From Octopus bimaculoides (lineage: Eukaryota): a stretch of DNA of 38,522 nt. Positions 13,778 through 24,549 of the stretch are shown piece by piece (position 1 is the stretch's first letter; the number at the start of each line of letters is the position of its first letter). The notes beneath the pieces are model-generated. The model was not told the origin of the DNA. It did not search any database and worked only from the letters and a program-made list of their open reading frames with translations. The stretch is from positions 37,043,165 to 37,081,686 of the forward strand of contig NC_068985.1 in assembly GCF_001194135.2 (NCBI RefSeq), written 5' to 3'. The translations under genes and the position numbers were made by a program.

Positions 13778-14700
13778 CACACACGCACACACACGCACAC
13801 ACACATACACAAATGTATATATATTCATATGACGAGCTTTTTCAGTTTTCGTCTGCCACATCCACTGACAAGGCTTTAGTCGGCCCGAGGCTATAGTAGA
13901 AGACAGTTACCCAAGGTTCCACGCAGTGGGACTGAACCCGGAACTACGTGGTTGGGAAACAAACTTCTTACCACACAGCTAAGCCTAAAAATAACCAACA
14001 GATGCTTTTGACACCTGTAAAAGACCAAAGAATATCCTATAAAATGGACGCAAGTGTAAAAAGATCAAAATCAATATTATTCAGCAAGAAAAGTCCCTAG
14101 CAAATAAATATTACAATTGACGAAGAAAGCTTGTTAGAGACATCAAAGATAGAATATGTAACATGCATAAGCAATCAATCAATGGAAGGTACGAAGGCAA
14201 AATCAGAAGAAAAGTAGAAATTGCTGGAAAGTGATTGGAAAAAGAAACCCTATAATATTAATATTGTAACATGAATATTGAAACCGGAAAGAGATTATTA
14301 AAATGTCCAATGTACTACTGTGAGCTAAGAAATGCGCTTTAACTAAGTAATTATCAAGTAGATTAGGAGCCTTTGAGATATGAGCGCATAGAAGACACTT
14401 GAGAATGTTATGAACATTTTATAAAGTCAATGATATAATACTGAGACTGGCCATATCTGAGAAAATTTCGTTTGACTCCATCTATGAGAGGAAGCTAAAA
14501 TATTATGGATACTTAATTAGAAAATAATGGTTTATAATGAATGTTGTTGAAAATAAAATGAATAAAAGAGGAAGTGGGGAAAACCAAGAATTATGTCGAT
14601 GGATAATATCGAGATTGGACAGACTTAAAATAGGAAAGACCGAAATGGTGTTGAATGTATTCAATTAGCCGAGAGTGAAAGCTAATCGATGATGATGATA
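13440..14700 (+). mobile_element. RTE-clade LINE relic (RT domain to 3' end), interrupted by a SINE
   Basis: TATGCTGACGAT (YADD) at 13492-13503. After the SINE the frames read KIKSILFSK, NITIDEE, KIRRKVEIA, NIETGKRLLKC, RLGAFEI*, RKLKYYGY and MDNI-DWTDL, matching RTE C-terminal motifs. It ends in a (GAT)n tail near 14689-14700. Many stops and frameshifts. Confidence 0.8.
13507..13986 (-). mobile_element. SINE family B: tRNA head, CORE-like domain, internal (TG)n and 3' module
   Basis: The minus strand starts GCTGTGTGGTAAG (A-box-like), then GGGTTCAGTCCC (B-box-like) and ACCTTGGGTAAC (CORE-like). It has an internal (CA)n and an (ATCTTTT)n tail, and is collinear with the copy at 32127-32552. 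Confidence 0.85.
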
Positions 14701-14799
14701 AGGAGGAGGAAGATGATATCCCTCATCAAGTCTATCGAGAAACTAGCAAACCAAACATATTTGAAGCAATGCAGGTCAACTGACATTGTCAAATGGTAT

Positions 14800-15180
14800 A
14801 TGTGTGTGTGTGTCTTGGCACTCCGTCGCTTACGACATCGAGGGCTCCAGTTGATCCGATCAACGGAACAGCCTGCTCGTGAAATTAACGTGCAAGTGGC
14901 TGAGCACTCCACAGACACGTGTACCCTTAACGTAGTTCTCGGGGATATTCAGCGTGACACAGTGTGACAAGGCTGACCCTTTGAATTACAGGTACAACAG
15001 AAACAGGAAGATAGAGTGAGAGAAAGTTGTGGTGGAAGAGTATAGCAGGGTTCGCCACCATCCCCTGCCGGAGCCTCGTGGGGCTTTAGGTGTTTTCGCT
15101 CAATAAATACTCACAACGCCCGGTCTGGGAATCGAAACCGCGAGTCCGCTGCCCTAACCACTGGGCCATTGCGCCTCCAC
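14800..15180 (-). mobile_element. SINE family C (tRNA-derived) with degenerate TSD
   Basis: The minus head GTGGAGGCGCAATGGCCCAGTGGTTAGGG (A box) is followed by GGTTTCGATTCC (B box), and there is a (CA)n tail. The flanks CAAATGGTATA (14790-14800) and CAAATGACATA (15181-15191) match at 9 of 11 nt. Confidence 0.85.
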
Positions 15181-15508
15181 CAAATGACATAAGAAGGAAA
15201 TATAATTTTGTTATTGCTGTTGTGCGTTAATCCTAGGTCGTCGTTAACCGAGCAGACAAGAGAACGAAACCATTCAAACGCGGCTCATCTTGTCAATATT
15301 TAAAGCTTTGAATATTGAGGAATATGTTAACAGACAGAGCAATGTAATAATTAAAAATGAAAAAATAAAAGCTTTCATATAATTTCAAATCAACCCAGCG
15401 ATCTGAGCAATTACTTCACTAAGACATGAAACAAAACTGTTTACTGCGAGGCCATTAGGAACTCGAGGGCTTATCGTAATCAGATCTCCTGCTTGAACAT
15501 CCAAGCAC

Positions 15509-15702
15509 AATTTTGATTTCAAATTTTGATACAAAGTCCAGCAATTTCAGGGAATAGAATAAGTTGATTACATCGACCCCAGTATTCACCAGGTACTTAT
15601 TTTATCGACTCCGAAAAGATGAAAGGCAAAGTCGACCTCGGCGGTATTTGAACTCAGGACGTAAACACCGATGAAGTAAACAATTCTCCCAGCTCACCGT
15701 CT
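15509..15702 (-). mobile_element. SINE family A with a deletion in the head
   Basis: The 3' end, core and CCAGCTCACCG terminus are present; the central head segment is shortened. Confidence 0.8.
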
Positions 15703-15734
15703 ACATCCAAATACAATATTGCTTTTTGTTTACA

Positions 15735-15945
15735 ACGAACCGACCATTCAACCTGCTAGATATAGCAGCCAAATATCCCCTAAATCAGTTTGTTGTATGT
15801 AAAAACCAAACGGTAAAACTTATTAGATAATGTAGTCTTTAGAACACTGTATGAAAAATACAGGTGTGATGGTCACAGCTAGAATGCTTTTTAGACATGC
15901 ATTTACTCGATCAGAAGTGATCAGGGTCTAAAGAACAAGAACAAC
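15735..15945 (+). repeat. Interspersed repeat family D with an (AAC)-like tail
   Basis: GCTAGATATAGCAGCCAAAT and GATAATGTAGTC..GTGATGGTCA motifs recur in degenerate form at 20472-20645 (same strand) and at 18748-18973, 23517-23565 and 15208-15290 (opposite strand). Confidence 0.55.
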
Positions 15946-16566
15946 ATGAATAACTACATCAAGGTCATATTGCATTTTTTTTTTTTTTTATCTAAATACA
16001 AATTTCACTTTTAGCAGATACAACGTCGCATATAGAAATTTACAGCAATTTCTTGTCGTTGTCAATGAATAGTTCGCTGACAATGTAACGGAATTATATA
16101 TCATACATATTTTAGCTGTATGTCATCCTAACCAATAGGCTGTGATTATGTCACGTTAACCTATAGGCTGTGTTTATGTCACCAATAGGCTACGATGATA
16201 AATTATAGCGTTATAGTATATACATATATCTATATATATATACACGCATATGTGTGTGCTGGGTGAGAGAGCGGATGAAAAATAGAGAATAAGCAAAGAA
16301 GCAAATGAAATATTAATCAATATAAAAGCAGGAACGATAATGCATGATGATGATGATGATAATGATGATGATGATGTCGACGATGATGGTATAGATTAAA
16401 TCTATGCGGATGAAGATACACACTCACAGTGTCAGAAATATATACCTACACACAGGGGTAAAGCATTCACAGTCATAGATGCATACACTTATCCGTGTAC
16501 ACGGGAATAGGTATATAGATTCACACACGCGCAGATAGAGAGACAGCGATGAACGGACATTAACGC

Positions 16567-16575
16567 ATGCACACC

Positions 16576-16624
<49 letters not shown>

Positions 16625-16865
16625 GACACGAACACACAAGTATATATCTATACTCACACGCATATCAACACACACACATACATACGCACACAGAGNNNNN
16701 NNNNNACGCATATCAACACACACACATACATACGCACACAGAGACACAAAGACAAACACACACACGCATATATATTAACATACATACATACATACATACA
16801 TACATACATACATACGTACATATATACCTACACGAGCAAACACATACACTCGAACACATACACAT
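16567..16865. repeat. (CA)n/(TACA)n-rich low-complexity tract
   Basis: Directly visible; 10-N gap at 16696-16705. Confidence 0.9.
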
Positions 16866-17549
16866 GGTCTAATCTATTTTAGGAATGGAAGTGCCATGTC
16901 CCCTTTATTCTTATTCTAGATGGCTTGGTTTTGTAATAATTTGCTAATCCAGTTGAAATCCGAAGCCTAAAACCTGGGATTAGCCTCCACTGATGTAAAT
17001 AATCCCTATGACATGCAGAGAGGTTTTGGGGCTGGAATTATATGTACTCGTATTCTTCGCGTTGAATGATTCCTCAGTTATGGTGCCTTTGAGATGTGGT
17101 CCGGGGTAGGTGAGACCTGCAGAAGTAATATGTAGAGGGTAGCAATGTATGTACACCGTGTTAAGGATTTAAACCCTTTATAAACTGCGATTAGTTGCAA
17201 TCAACCCTCCCCACGCTTCTTCTCCATTTAACTTTCCAGTACTTTTACCTCGTGAAATTTCTATTTGCCAATGCTTACATACTTTCTTTGCATACATATG
17301 AACAAACACACAAACGTAGATGCATGTATGTGAACATACATATACATAGAAACGTTCATGTTCGTATATGTATGCATGTATGCAGATGTACGCATATATG
17401 TTTATGTGTGTATTTGTGCATATATCTACGTAAATGTTCTCGCCATGTGTATATTTCTATATGAATATACATACATATATTCGCCTTTGATTTTGGATTA
17501 ATAAGCATACGAATATATTTTGAATAGATTATACGTACATAACGTACGC

Positions 17550-17954
17550 TCATACATACACAGATACATACATACACATACATACATACTTACATACACA
17601 CAGACACATACATACATACATACATGTGTGTGTACGTATATATATATATATATATATATATATTTGATCTTATATATGTATATATATATATATATATATA
17701 NNNNNNNNNNNNNNNNNNNNNNNNNNNNNNNNNNNNNNNNNNNNNNNNNNNNNNNNNNNNNNNNNNNNNNNNNNNNNNNNNNNNNNNNNNNNNNNNNNNN
17801 NNNNNNNNNNNNNNNNNNNNNNNNNNNNNNNNNNNNNNNNNNNNNNNNNNNNNNNNNNNNNNNNNNNNNNNNNNNNNNNNNNNNNNNNNNNNNNNNNNNN
17901 NNNNNNNNNNNNNNNNNNNNNNNNNNNNNNNNNNNNNNNNNNNNNNNNNNNNNN

Positions 17955-18021
<67 letters not shown>

Positions 18022-18035
18022 GAGTGAGTGAATGA
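17550..18035. repeat. (TACA)n/(TA)n - gap - (CA)n microsatellite block
   Basis: Directly visible; gap 17701-17954. Confidence 0.95.
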
Positions 18036-18196
18036 ATAAGTCCAATGAAGCCTAGCAGGTCAATATTTTGAAGTCCTTGTCACCCCTCTTGTAAATTAGA
18101 ATAGATATGTACTCTACAAAGAAGCATTAACTCTTCAGTTTAATGTTAAATTGTTTTTATTATGATTTGACATAAAAACAAACATGAATATAGACA

Positions 18197-18522
18197 GAGT
18201 TTAGCCAAATTGTTAATAAGTTTGCTTTACAACCACAAGATCCCATGTCTAGTTCCACTGCATGACATCTTGGAAAAACGTCATTTTCTATAGCCTCAAA
18301 CTCATCCATACTTTGTGAGTGAAACTGGGTCAATGGAAACTGTACAGAACTAACTCTGTAACCTAAAAAGTACAGCTTTGTCTCTCACACGCTGTGATAC
18401 TGATTTTGCCTGAGAATTACATTAAGGGTGTATGTGGGTGTGTAATGTAAAGCCATTTACAATTCGAGAGCATGTAATCCAGTTGATTGAACTGAATCCT
18501 CGTTGTTCAACGATGAAGATCC
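18197..18522 (+). mobile_element. Hybrid SINE: family B head with family C tail, diverged
   Basis: 18197-18350 aligns by eye to the family B head (TACAACCAC..CTATAGCCTC..TTGTGAGTGAA..GGAAACTG). 18370-18522 aligns to the reverse complement of 14816-14975 (CAGC.TTGTC..TGAGAA.TAC.TTAAGGGT..AGCCA.TT..GTTGAT). Confidence 0.6.
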
Positions 18523-18747
18523 CTCATCTTACCCCACTCCACACATATTGCTGATGTCATAAGAATCTATAAACTTATACTTAGATCCAACACAGTTTCG
18601 TCGACCAAATTCAATCATAAGACTCGAATCACTATTGAATATGATTTTCTTTTCATTAAGCGGATTGGTTCAAGATTTTAGGTAATAGAAAAGCCAATAT
18701 AGAAGATACTGGATTATCTTCTCGCATAAACCACCTTAGAAGTATAG

Positions 18748-18973
18748 TTGTCGTTGTTTAGCATCAAGTTAGTCTTGACTGAATTGAAACTATGATTAAG
18801 AGTGTTTTATCTTTGACCATTCATTTCATTCCGTCTCTCTTTTTGACTTTTAGTATAACTAGAAATACAGTGTTCAATGTACCCTTCCTTCCTTTTAAAG
18901 AAGGTAGAGTGTGACACAAGGAAAATATATGACAGCTATTTCGATCAGTTTGAGTGATCCTATAGAAGTTCTC
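18748..18973 (-). repeat. Interspersed repeat family D, diverged
   Basis: Begins TTGTCGTTGTTTAG (tail) and is collinear by eye with the reverse complement of 15735-15945. Confidence 0.45.
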
Positions 18974-19885
18974 TGATTGACTTCTAGTATTTACAGACTT
19001 GCTGTTGTATTAAGGGTTCGATGGTTCAGTTGACAGAGACTTTTTTAGACCAGGTACAACTAATTTTGGGTCGGTTAAGTAGAAAAATTGTAAAAGATGG
19101 ACCAACATTATGAATAGAGAACGGCTATCCACTTAATGTTGCATAATAAAACTAAAGATCAGAATAAAATCCTATGTGTTTGCGTTATTCATTAAAAGAA
19201 GAGTCAACTAAATATGTAAAGAAGCGTGACTATTATTCCTTATCTTAAGACATTCATAAAGAGTACAAATGAAAGTGGGTATAACAAGAGAATCGAAATG
19301 ATGTTGGAGAACGCGTATCACCTTATCTGGAATTTTCATCATTATTCCAGACCCTTCATCATTATACTTACCCGCTGAGATGCTAATGAATATTAATATA
19401 AATGATTTCAAAGCAACATATACCCCCTTGAATTAATAGCTTCTCCAAGATAGAACAAAGAATGTATTTGAGCTAAGAAGGATTAAATAATGACTTTTTA
19501 TGGAAATTAGATGCGATTTCATCTACCATTTTATTACGTTTTACGCATATTTTCTGTTCTTATTTGTTTATTATTACCATTGATGTTTGTGTTCATATAT
19601 TCATAAATGCACATATCGTCATACATATTCATAGACAAGCATATAATACACTCTTAAACGCATCTGTACTTACGTGTATTTATGTTACGCAAAAACATAC
19701 GGTTGTGTGATCATGCATAACTGTGTGTGTGTGTGTGTGTGTATGTATGCAATAATATATAGATATGCATTTATGCATATAAGTGTGCATTCATTTATGC
19801 GTATTGATATGTAGATGGATACTGAGTAATGCATATATAATGTTCTGTATAGTAATTGGAAGTATTGTTATATAATGCTTAAACA

Positions 19886-19946
<61 letters not shown>

Positions 19947-20001
19947 GTCTGTCTGTCTGTATGTCTGTCTGTCTATCTGTCTGTCTGTCTATCTGTCTGT
20001 C

Positions 20002-20046
<45 letters not shown>

Positions 20047-20094
20047 NNNNNNNNNNNNNNNNNNNNNNNNNNNNNNNNNNNNNNNNNNNNNNNN

Positions 20095-20135
<41 letters not shown>

Positions 20136-20225
20136 AGCTAGCTAGCCACGTAGTACCTACATAACTGTCCATCCATCCTTCCATCCGTCCGTCGGTCCGT
20201 CAGTCCGTCGGTCCGTCCATTCACC
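19886..20225. repeat. Compound microsatellite (TATC)n-(TGTC)n-(TC)n-gap-(TA)n-(TAGC)n and degenerate (TCCG)n
   Basis: Directly visible. Confidence 0.95.
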
Positions 20226-20471
20226 CATTCATCTCTCTCTTACTCTTTTTCTTTGTCTCTTCTTCTATTTGTCATCCTACACTATATGATTGCTCGTCTG
20301 TTCGATCAGAAATACACGTTCGATCCTTCAGAAAAAGCGAAAGTGAATGAGTTTATCGCGTTACAACTCAATCTCAGTGTTGCGTTCGATATCTTATAAC
20401 TCGAATAATCTCTCACATGATAACCCTACATTATCAAGAGTGGTCGAGTTACAATTCTGTACGAATCAGCC

Positions 20472-20645
20472 AGGGAGCCTTTTATACAATCGCTCAACGT
20501 ACAAAAAACAGAAACCAAATCATCCTTCAATTTACAGCTTACTATCATAGAAAGTGAAAGATAATTTGGCCACAATGTAATCTTAGATATACAAAAACAT
20601 AAAAAAATATGTGATGGTCATGCCTGGAAATACTTTGAGCGTAGT
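20472..20645 (+). repeat. Interspersed repeat family D, diverged
   Basis: ACAATGTAATCTTAGATA..ATGTGATGGTCATGCCTGGAA parallels 15825-15890. Confidence 0.45.
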
Positions 20646-20687
20646 TCTCAAAGTTGAAGAATTGGAGGAAAACACGAAAAAGATCAT

Positions 20688-20835
20688 TGGGGTGAGAAGC
20701 TTGCTTCTCAACCAGATGCTTTCGAGTTCTGTCCCACTGCGTGACACTTTAGGTATGTGCCTTCAATTGTAGCCTCGAACTGACCAGAACCTTCTGAATG
20801 GATTTGGTAGAGGGAAACTGAACCCGTCGTATATC
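20688..20835 (+). mobile_element. SINE family B, 5' part only
   Basis: GAGAAGCTTGCTTCTCAACC..GTCCCACTGCGTGACAC..GGATTTGGTAGAGGGAAACTGAACCCGTCGTATAT aligns to the head of the two full copies. Confidence 0.7.
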
Positions 20836-21052
20836 TTTATATTTTACGATTTCGTACTGCTACTGTTTACCTCTCGCTCAGAAATTTAATATAGCTTATT
20901 TCTCCCTTTTCAAGATTAGCGACACTTTGTCACTGGAAAAAGCATATCGCATTTTGCGAGTAGAATGAGTTTTCATCACTAGCTGGTAATTATCACACAC
21001 TGAAGACGGTCTGTGTGTATCAGATCTGAGTGTATACACATACATACATACA

Positions 21053-21082
<30 letters not shown>

Positions 21083-21083
<1 letters not shown>

Positions 21084-22300
21084 GTCTAATGGAATTAAAA
21101 AATTATTTTTATGCATTTGTATACATTTAAACTAATTAAATATTATTTTACAGAATAGTAGAATAAAATTTATTTTGATTAAAGCCTTTTTTAACATGGA
21201 AGTATCCAAAGAGCATTTGAGGTACATAATGCTTTATGAGTACAAAAAAGGAAACTCTGCAGCCGAAGCGACTCGAAACATATACTCAGTTTATGTGAAA
21301 GAATGCTTGAATGAAAGAACTTGTAGAAGATGGTTTGCAAAATTCAGAAGTGGAGATTTCAGCCTTGAAGACGAAGATCGAACAGGACCTCCAGTTGAGT
21401 TTGATGATAAGCTCCTTGAAGCATTATTTGAAGAAAATCCTGCATTATCAGTTGAAGAATTGGCAATAAAGCTTAGTTCAAACCATATAACTGTTCATCG
21501 TCATCTTTAACAACTTGGAAAGGTTCCTAAACCTGGAAAATGGGTGCCTCATGAATTGTTCGAAAGCAATCGCAAATCTCGAGTTGACATCTGCTTTTCT
21601 CTCCATTCTTGTGAACTCATTTAATCCTTTTTGGATAGACTTGTGACTGGTGACGAAAAATAGATCTATCGAAATGAATGTTAAACGTCGTAAACAGTGG
21701 CTTGGTAAAAGGGAAAGAGCTCAACCACAACCGAGAAGGGAACTTCATGGGAAAAAGGTTTTTCTCTCTATCTGGTGGGATTGCAAAGGAGTAATTCGCT
21801 TTGAATTGTGACCACCTAATGCAACAATCAATGCTCAAGTCTACTGTCAGCAATTAGGGCGTTTGAACCAAGCTTTGAAGAAAAAAAGACCCGCTTTAGT
21901 GAATCGAAAAGGAGTGATGTTTCATCAGGACAATACGCGACCCTACACTGCAAAGATCACATCACAGAAGATCGAAGAGATTGGTTAGGAAAAAATTCCT
22001 CATCCACCTTGTTCTCCCGACCCTGCTCTTTCAGACTACCATTTGTTTCATAGTTTACAGAATCATTTGGGGGACATAACTTTCGCAAGCCAGGAGAAGG
22101 TCGAAACTGACATATCAGAGTTCTTCGCTTTGAAACCAAAAGAGTTTTACATTGATGAGATTAAAAAGCTTGTAAATAGATGGAAGGAAGTCATAGATAA
22201 TCAGGGAAAGTACATTGATGATTAAATTTTAATTAAATATAACAATTGATCACTTGTTATCTTTATTCAAAATTCGGACAGAACTTATGGGATGACCTGA
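21083..22300 (+). mobile_element. Mariner (Tc1/mariner, DD34D) DNA transposon, decayed; right TIR present, left TIR missing
   Basis: Contains the transposase relic. It ends in AATTCGGACAGAACTTATGGGATGACCTGA (22271-22300) followed by TA, a mariner-type terminus (reverse complement TCAGGTCATCCCATAAG...). No matching TIR is seen at the left end, where (TACA)n abuts the element. Confidence 0.9.
21196..22225 (+). pseudogene. Mariner transposase pseudogene
   Basis: Manual translation gives MEVSKEHLRYIMLYEYKKG (HTH), WVPHEL, TGDEK*I, WWDCKG, HQDNTRP and PHPPCSPDPALSDYHLF, with 34 residues between the last two catalytic Asp. It has at least five in-frame stops and one frameshift near 21670, and joins ORFs 21175-21510 and 22043-22225. 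Confidence 0.93.
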
Positions 22301-22604
22301 TATATACATAATATATATATTATATACATAATACACGCACACACCATCTTACACATACACACATATATGTATGCATGTGTATTTGTGTGTATATGTGAGC
22401 ATGTAGGTTTGCGCATGAATGCATGTCTATAGAGACAAACTTATTTGCGTATATATATGAATGATATATGTAATATCCTTGCTGAAACTAATGGATGTAA
22501 GATGTTATACATCGTATATCATGTATTAGTCATTAAACAATAAGCCTGCATTGACCTTAAAGTAACCATTATATCAAGGTCTCACTTGCGGTTGTGGTTG
22601 TAGG

Positions 22605-23400
22605 GTTTCTAGACAGAATCGAACGCTTTGGTTAGATACATCAAAACTATATACAGTTCATGACTTTTCTCACGAATATTGCACGCAACTTGACGAAGTT
22701 AAAGGACATGTTTCCCTATCCTTTTAAAAATTAGCCTTGCCAGAATTTTACCTGCTACACACCGTTGTGAGATGCCACGTAAGTTATCACACAAAGTATT
22801 TCTCTTGTTCTTGAAGAGGTGCTTGATGGATGCATCTTGTTTCTCTGGGGTACACGCTTAACTCTCCAGATGACTTCTAATAGCCGAAAGAGCTTTTGCG
22901 CCAACTTTTTAGTCTCATATTTGAATATTTGGGGTAGTATACCATCCTTGTCATGGGTTTTGATAATATTTGCTTTATGGCATATTGCCTTATGACTGAC
23001 GATAAAGTTTGAATTAAAAGGCTCCTTCTTTGGCAAATAATACGAATTCAAGTCTAAGAAGTCTGACCATCAGAGGACAGATAGGAGATGAACCATTTTC
23101 CACGGAAAGCGGGGCACTGGGTAAAATCCTTTTTGAAATCTTCATAGAAAACTTTTAAGTTCTTGCTTGCTGTTTTCTGGAATTCAGAAGTTTTAGATGC
23201 CCAAGACTCCATCATTCTTTTGAGGGCAGTTTGCGTCTCATTCCTTGTATGCATGGTTTTTGATATCGGATTGTTTATCATTGACCCACATCTTGCGTGG
23301 GCTATACATACATCGTTTTGGTAAACTGTTGAATATCTGTTGCGGTCAACAAACCGATCCTGATGCATCTGCACAGGTAATGTTTCTCTTCGATAGTTGC
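22605..23400 (-). mobile_element. RTE-clade (RTE-1/BovB-like) LINE ORF fragment
   Basis: ORFs 23054-23374 (ESWASKTSEFQ..KNLKVFYEDFK..SSDGQT) and 22755-23051 (KTHDKDGILPQIFK..LLEVIWRVKRVPQ). A shifted frame continues QDASIKHLFKNK..CDNLRGIS..AGKILAR and then LTKAFDSV at about 22612-22635. These are RT N-terminal motifs. Confidence 0.82.
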
Positions 23401-23629
23401 AAGTTCAGAACTTGAACTTCAAGAGCGACATTGGCAGTAAGAGAAATGTGATGAAGAAGAACTGGATGTCGTGGTTAGTGTAAAGCCTGAAGGTGCAATA
23501 GTTTAAAAGTGAGTCGTGAGATTTGGCTGTTATTTCCAATAGGGCGAGCGTCGTGTACAAGTACGTTTGTTGTATGTGGTCTGAATACACGCGCACAAAC
23601 ACACACACACATGCACAAAACTCACTCAC

Positions 23630-23699
<70 letters not shown>
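23630..23699. repeat. (GA)n microsatellite
   Basis: Directly visible. Confidence 0.95.
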
Positions 23700-23701
<2 letters not shown>

Positions 23702-24319
23702 TAGTGGGTGCATATACAGTGATTACATTGTTGATATGGTCAATTTATCATCATACCCATCTCGTTATTTCCTTGACATGAAGCTTTGTAAAAGTGAAAA
23801 ACATTTTTTTGTTTTTTCATTCAGATGGAAGTACTGTTACCACAATTATTCTAAGTTTCATCGTCTTCATTAGAAGTGTTTTCACTGGCAGTTTTGTTAA
23901 GAAGCGAATCTTTTTAGTTAAATACAATACAACTTGACTCTTAACACTATTTACATTATGATGCCTCTCTGAAGCCAATAGCTTTCGACGCGTTTGCCAA
24001 AGTGCCAACCTTAGTAATTGCTGTTTATTTATCTATACCTTACCGTGGTATTCGTTGCTCAGCTAAGATGTATACAGACAACAGGCGTTTGTTGTGTGTG
24101 TGTTTTATATCTGTTTTTATTTTCTTTGTTTTTAGTTTCTGGAATTTTTATTTATACATTTATTTGTTTACTCTACTCAGTCAGTGCAAAGAGCTGTTTC
24201 AAATGGTCCTTCAATTTTAGTATCAAATGACAAAGAGGAAGAGGTTGGTATCCAGCGAATTTTGGAACCGGGGTAAAGCCAGGTGGAAGGTGTCAATTTA
24301 TCAGTAGCATATTTTTCAA

Positions 24320-24549
24320 AGAGAGGGTTAGAAAGTGAGAGAGAGTGCGTTGAAGAGGGAAGGAGAGATTTGAAGAGAGAGAGAGAGGGAGAGAAAAATA
24401 AAGGGGAAGATTTGAAGAGGGAATGAAAGATTTGAAAAGAGATAGAGAGAAATGAAGAGAGAGAGAGAGAGAGAGGGGGGAGAGCTAGATCATGCGTAGA
24501 AAGAGAGAGAGAGAGGGGGAGAGCTAGAGTATGCGTAGAAAGAGAGAGA
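24320..24549. repeat. GA-rich purine tract containing two tandem units of about 38 bp (GAGAG..GGGGAGAGCTAGA.TATGCGTAGAAA)
   Basis: Units at about 24465-24502 and 24503-24541. Confidence 0.85.

Noticed and set aside
16657-16743. Direct repeat ACGCATATCAACACACACACATACATACGCACACAGAG on both sides of a 10-N gap
   Set aside because: This is typical of overlapping contig ends joined by a placeholder gap, so most likely an assembly artefact.
16930-17118. Minus-strand acceptor CTGCAG|G opening GLTYPGPHLKGTITEESF...
   Set aside because: No donor and no recognisable homology; one acceptor alone is not enough in AT-rich DNA.
20915-20968. Acceptor followed by ISDTLSLEKAYRILRVE*, vaguely like the start of a J domain
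   Set aside because: It stops after 17 codons and has no HPD motif or further support.
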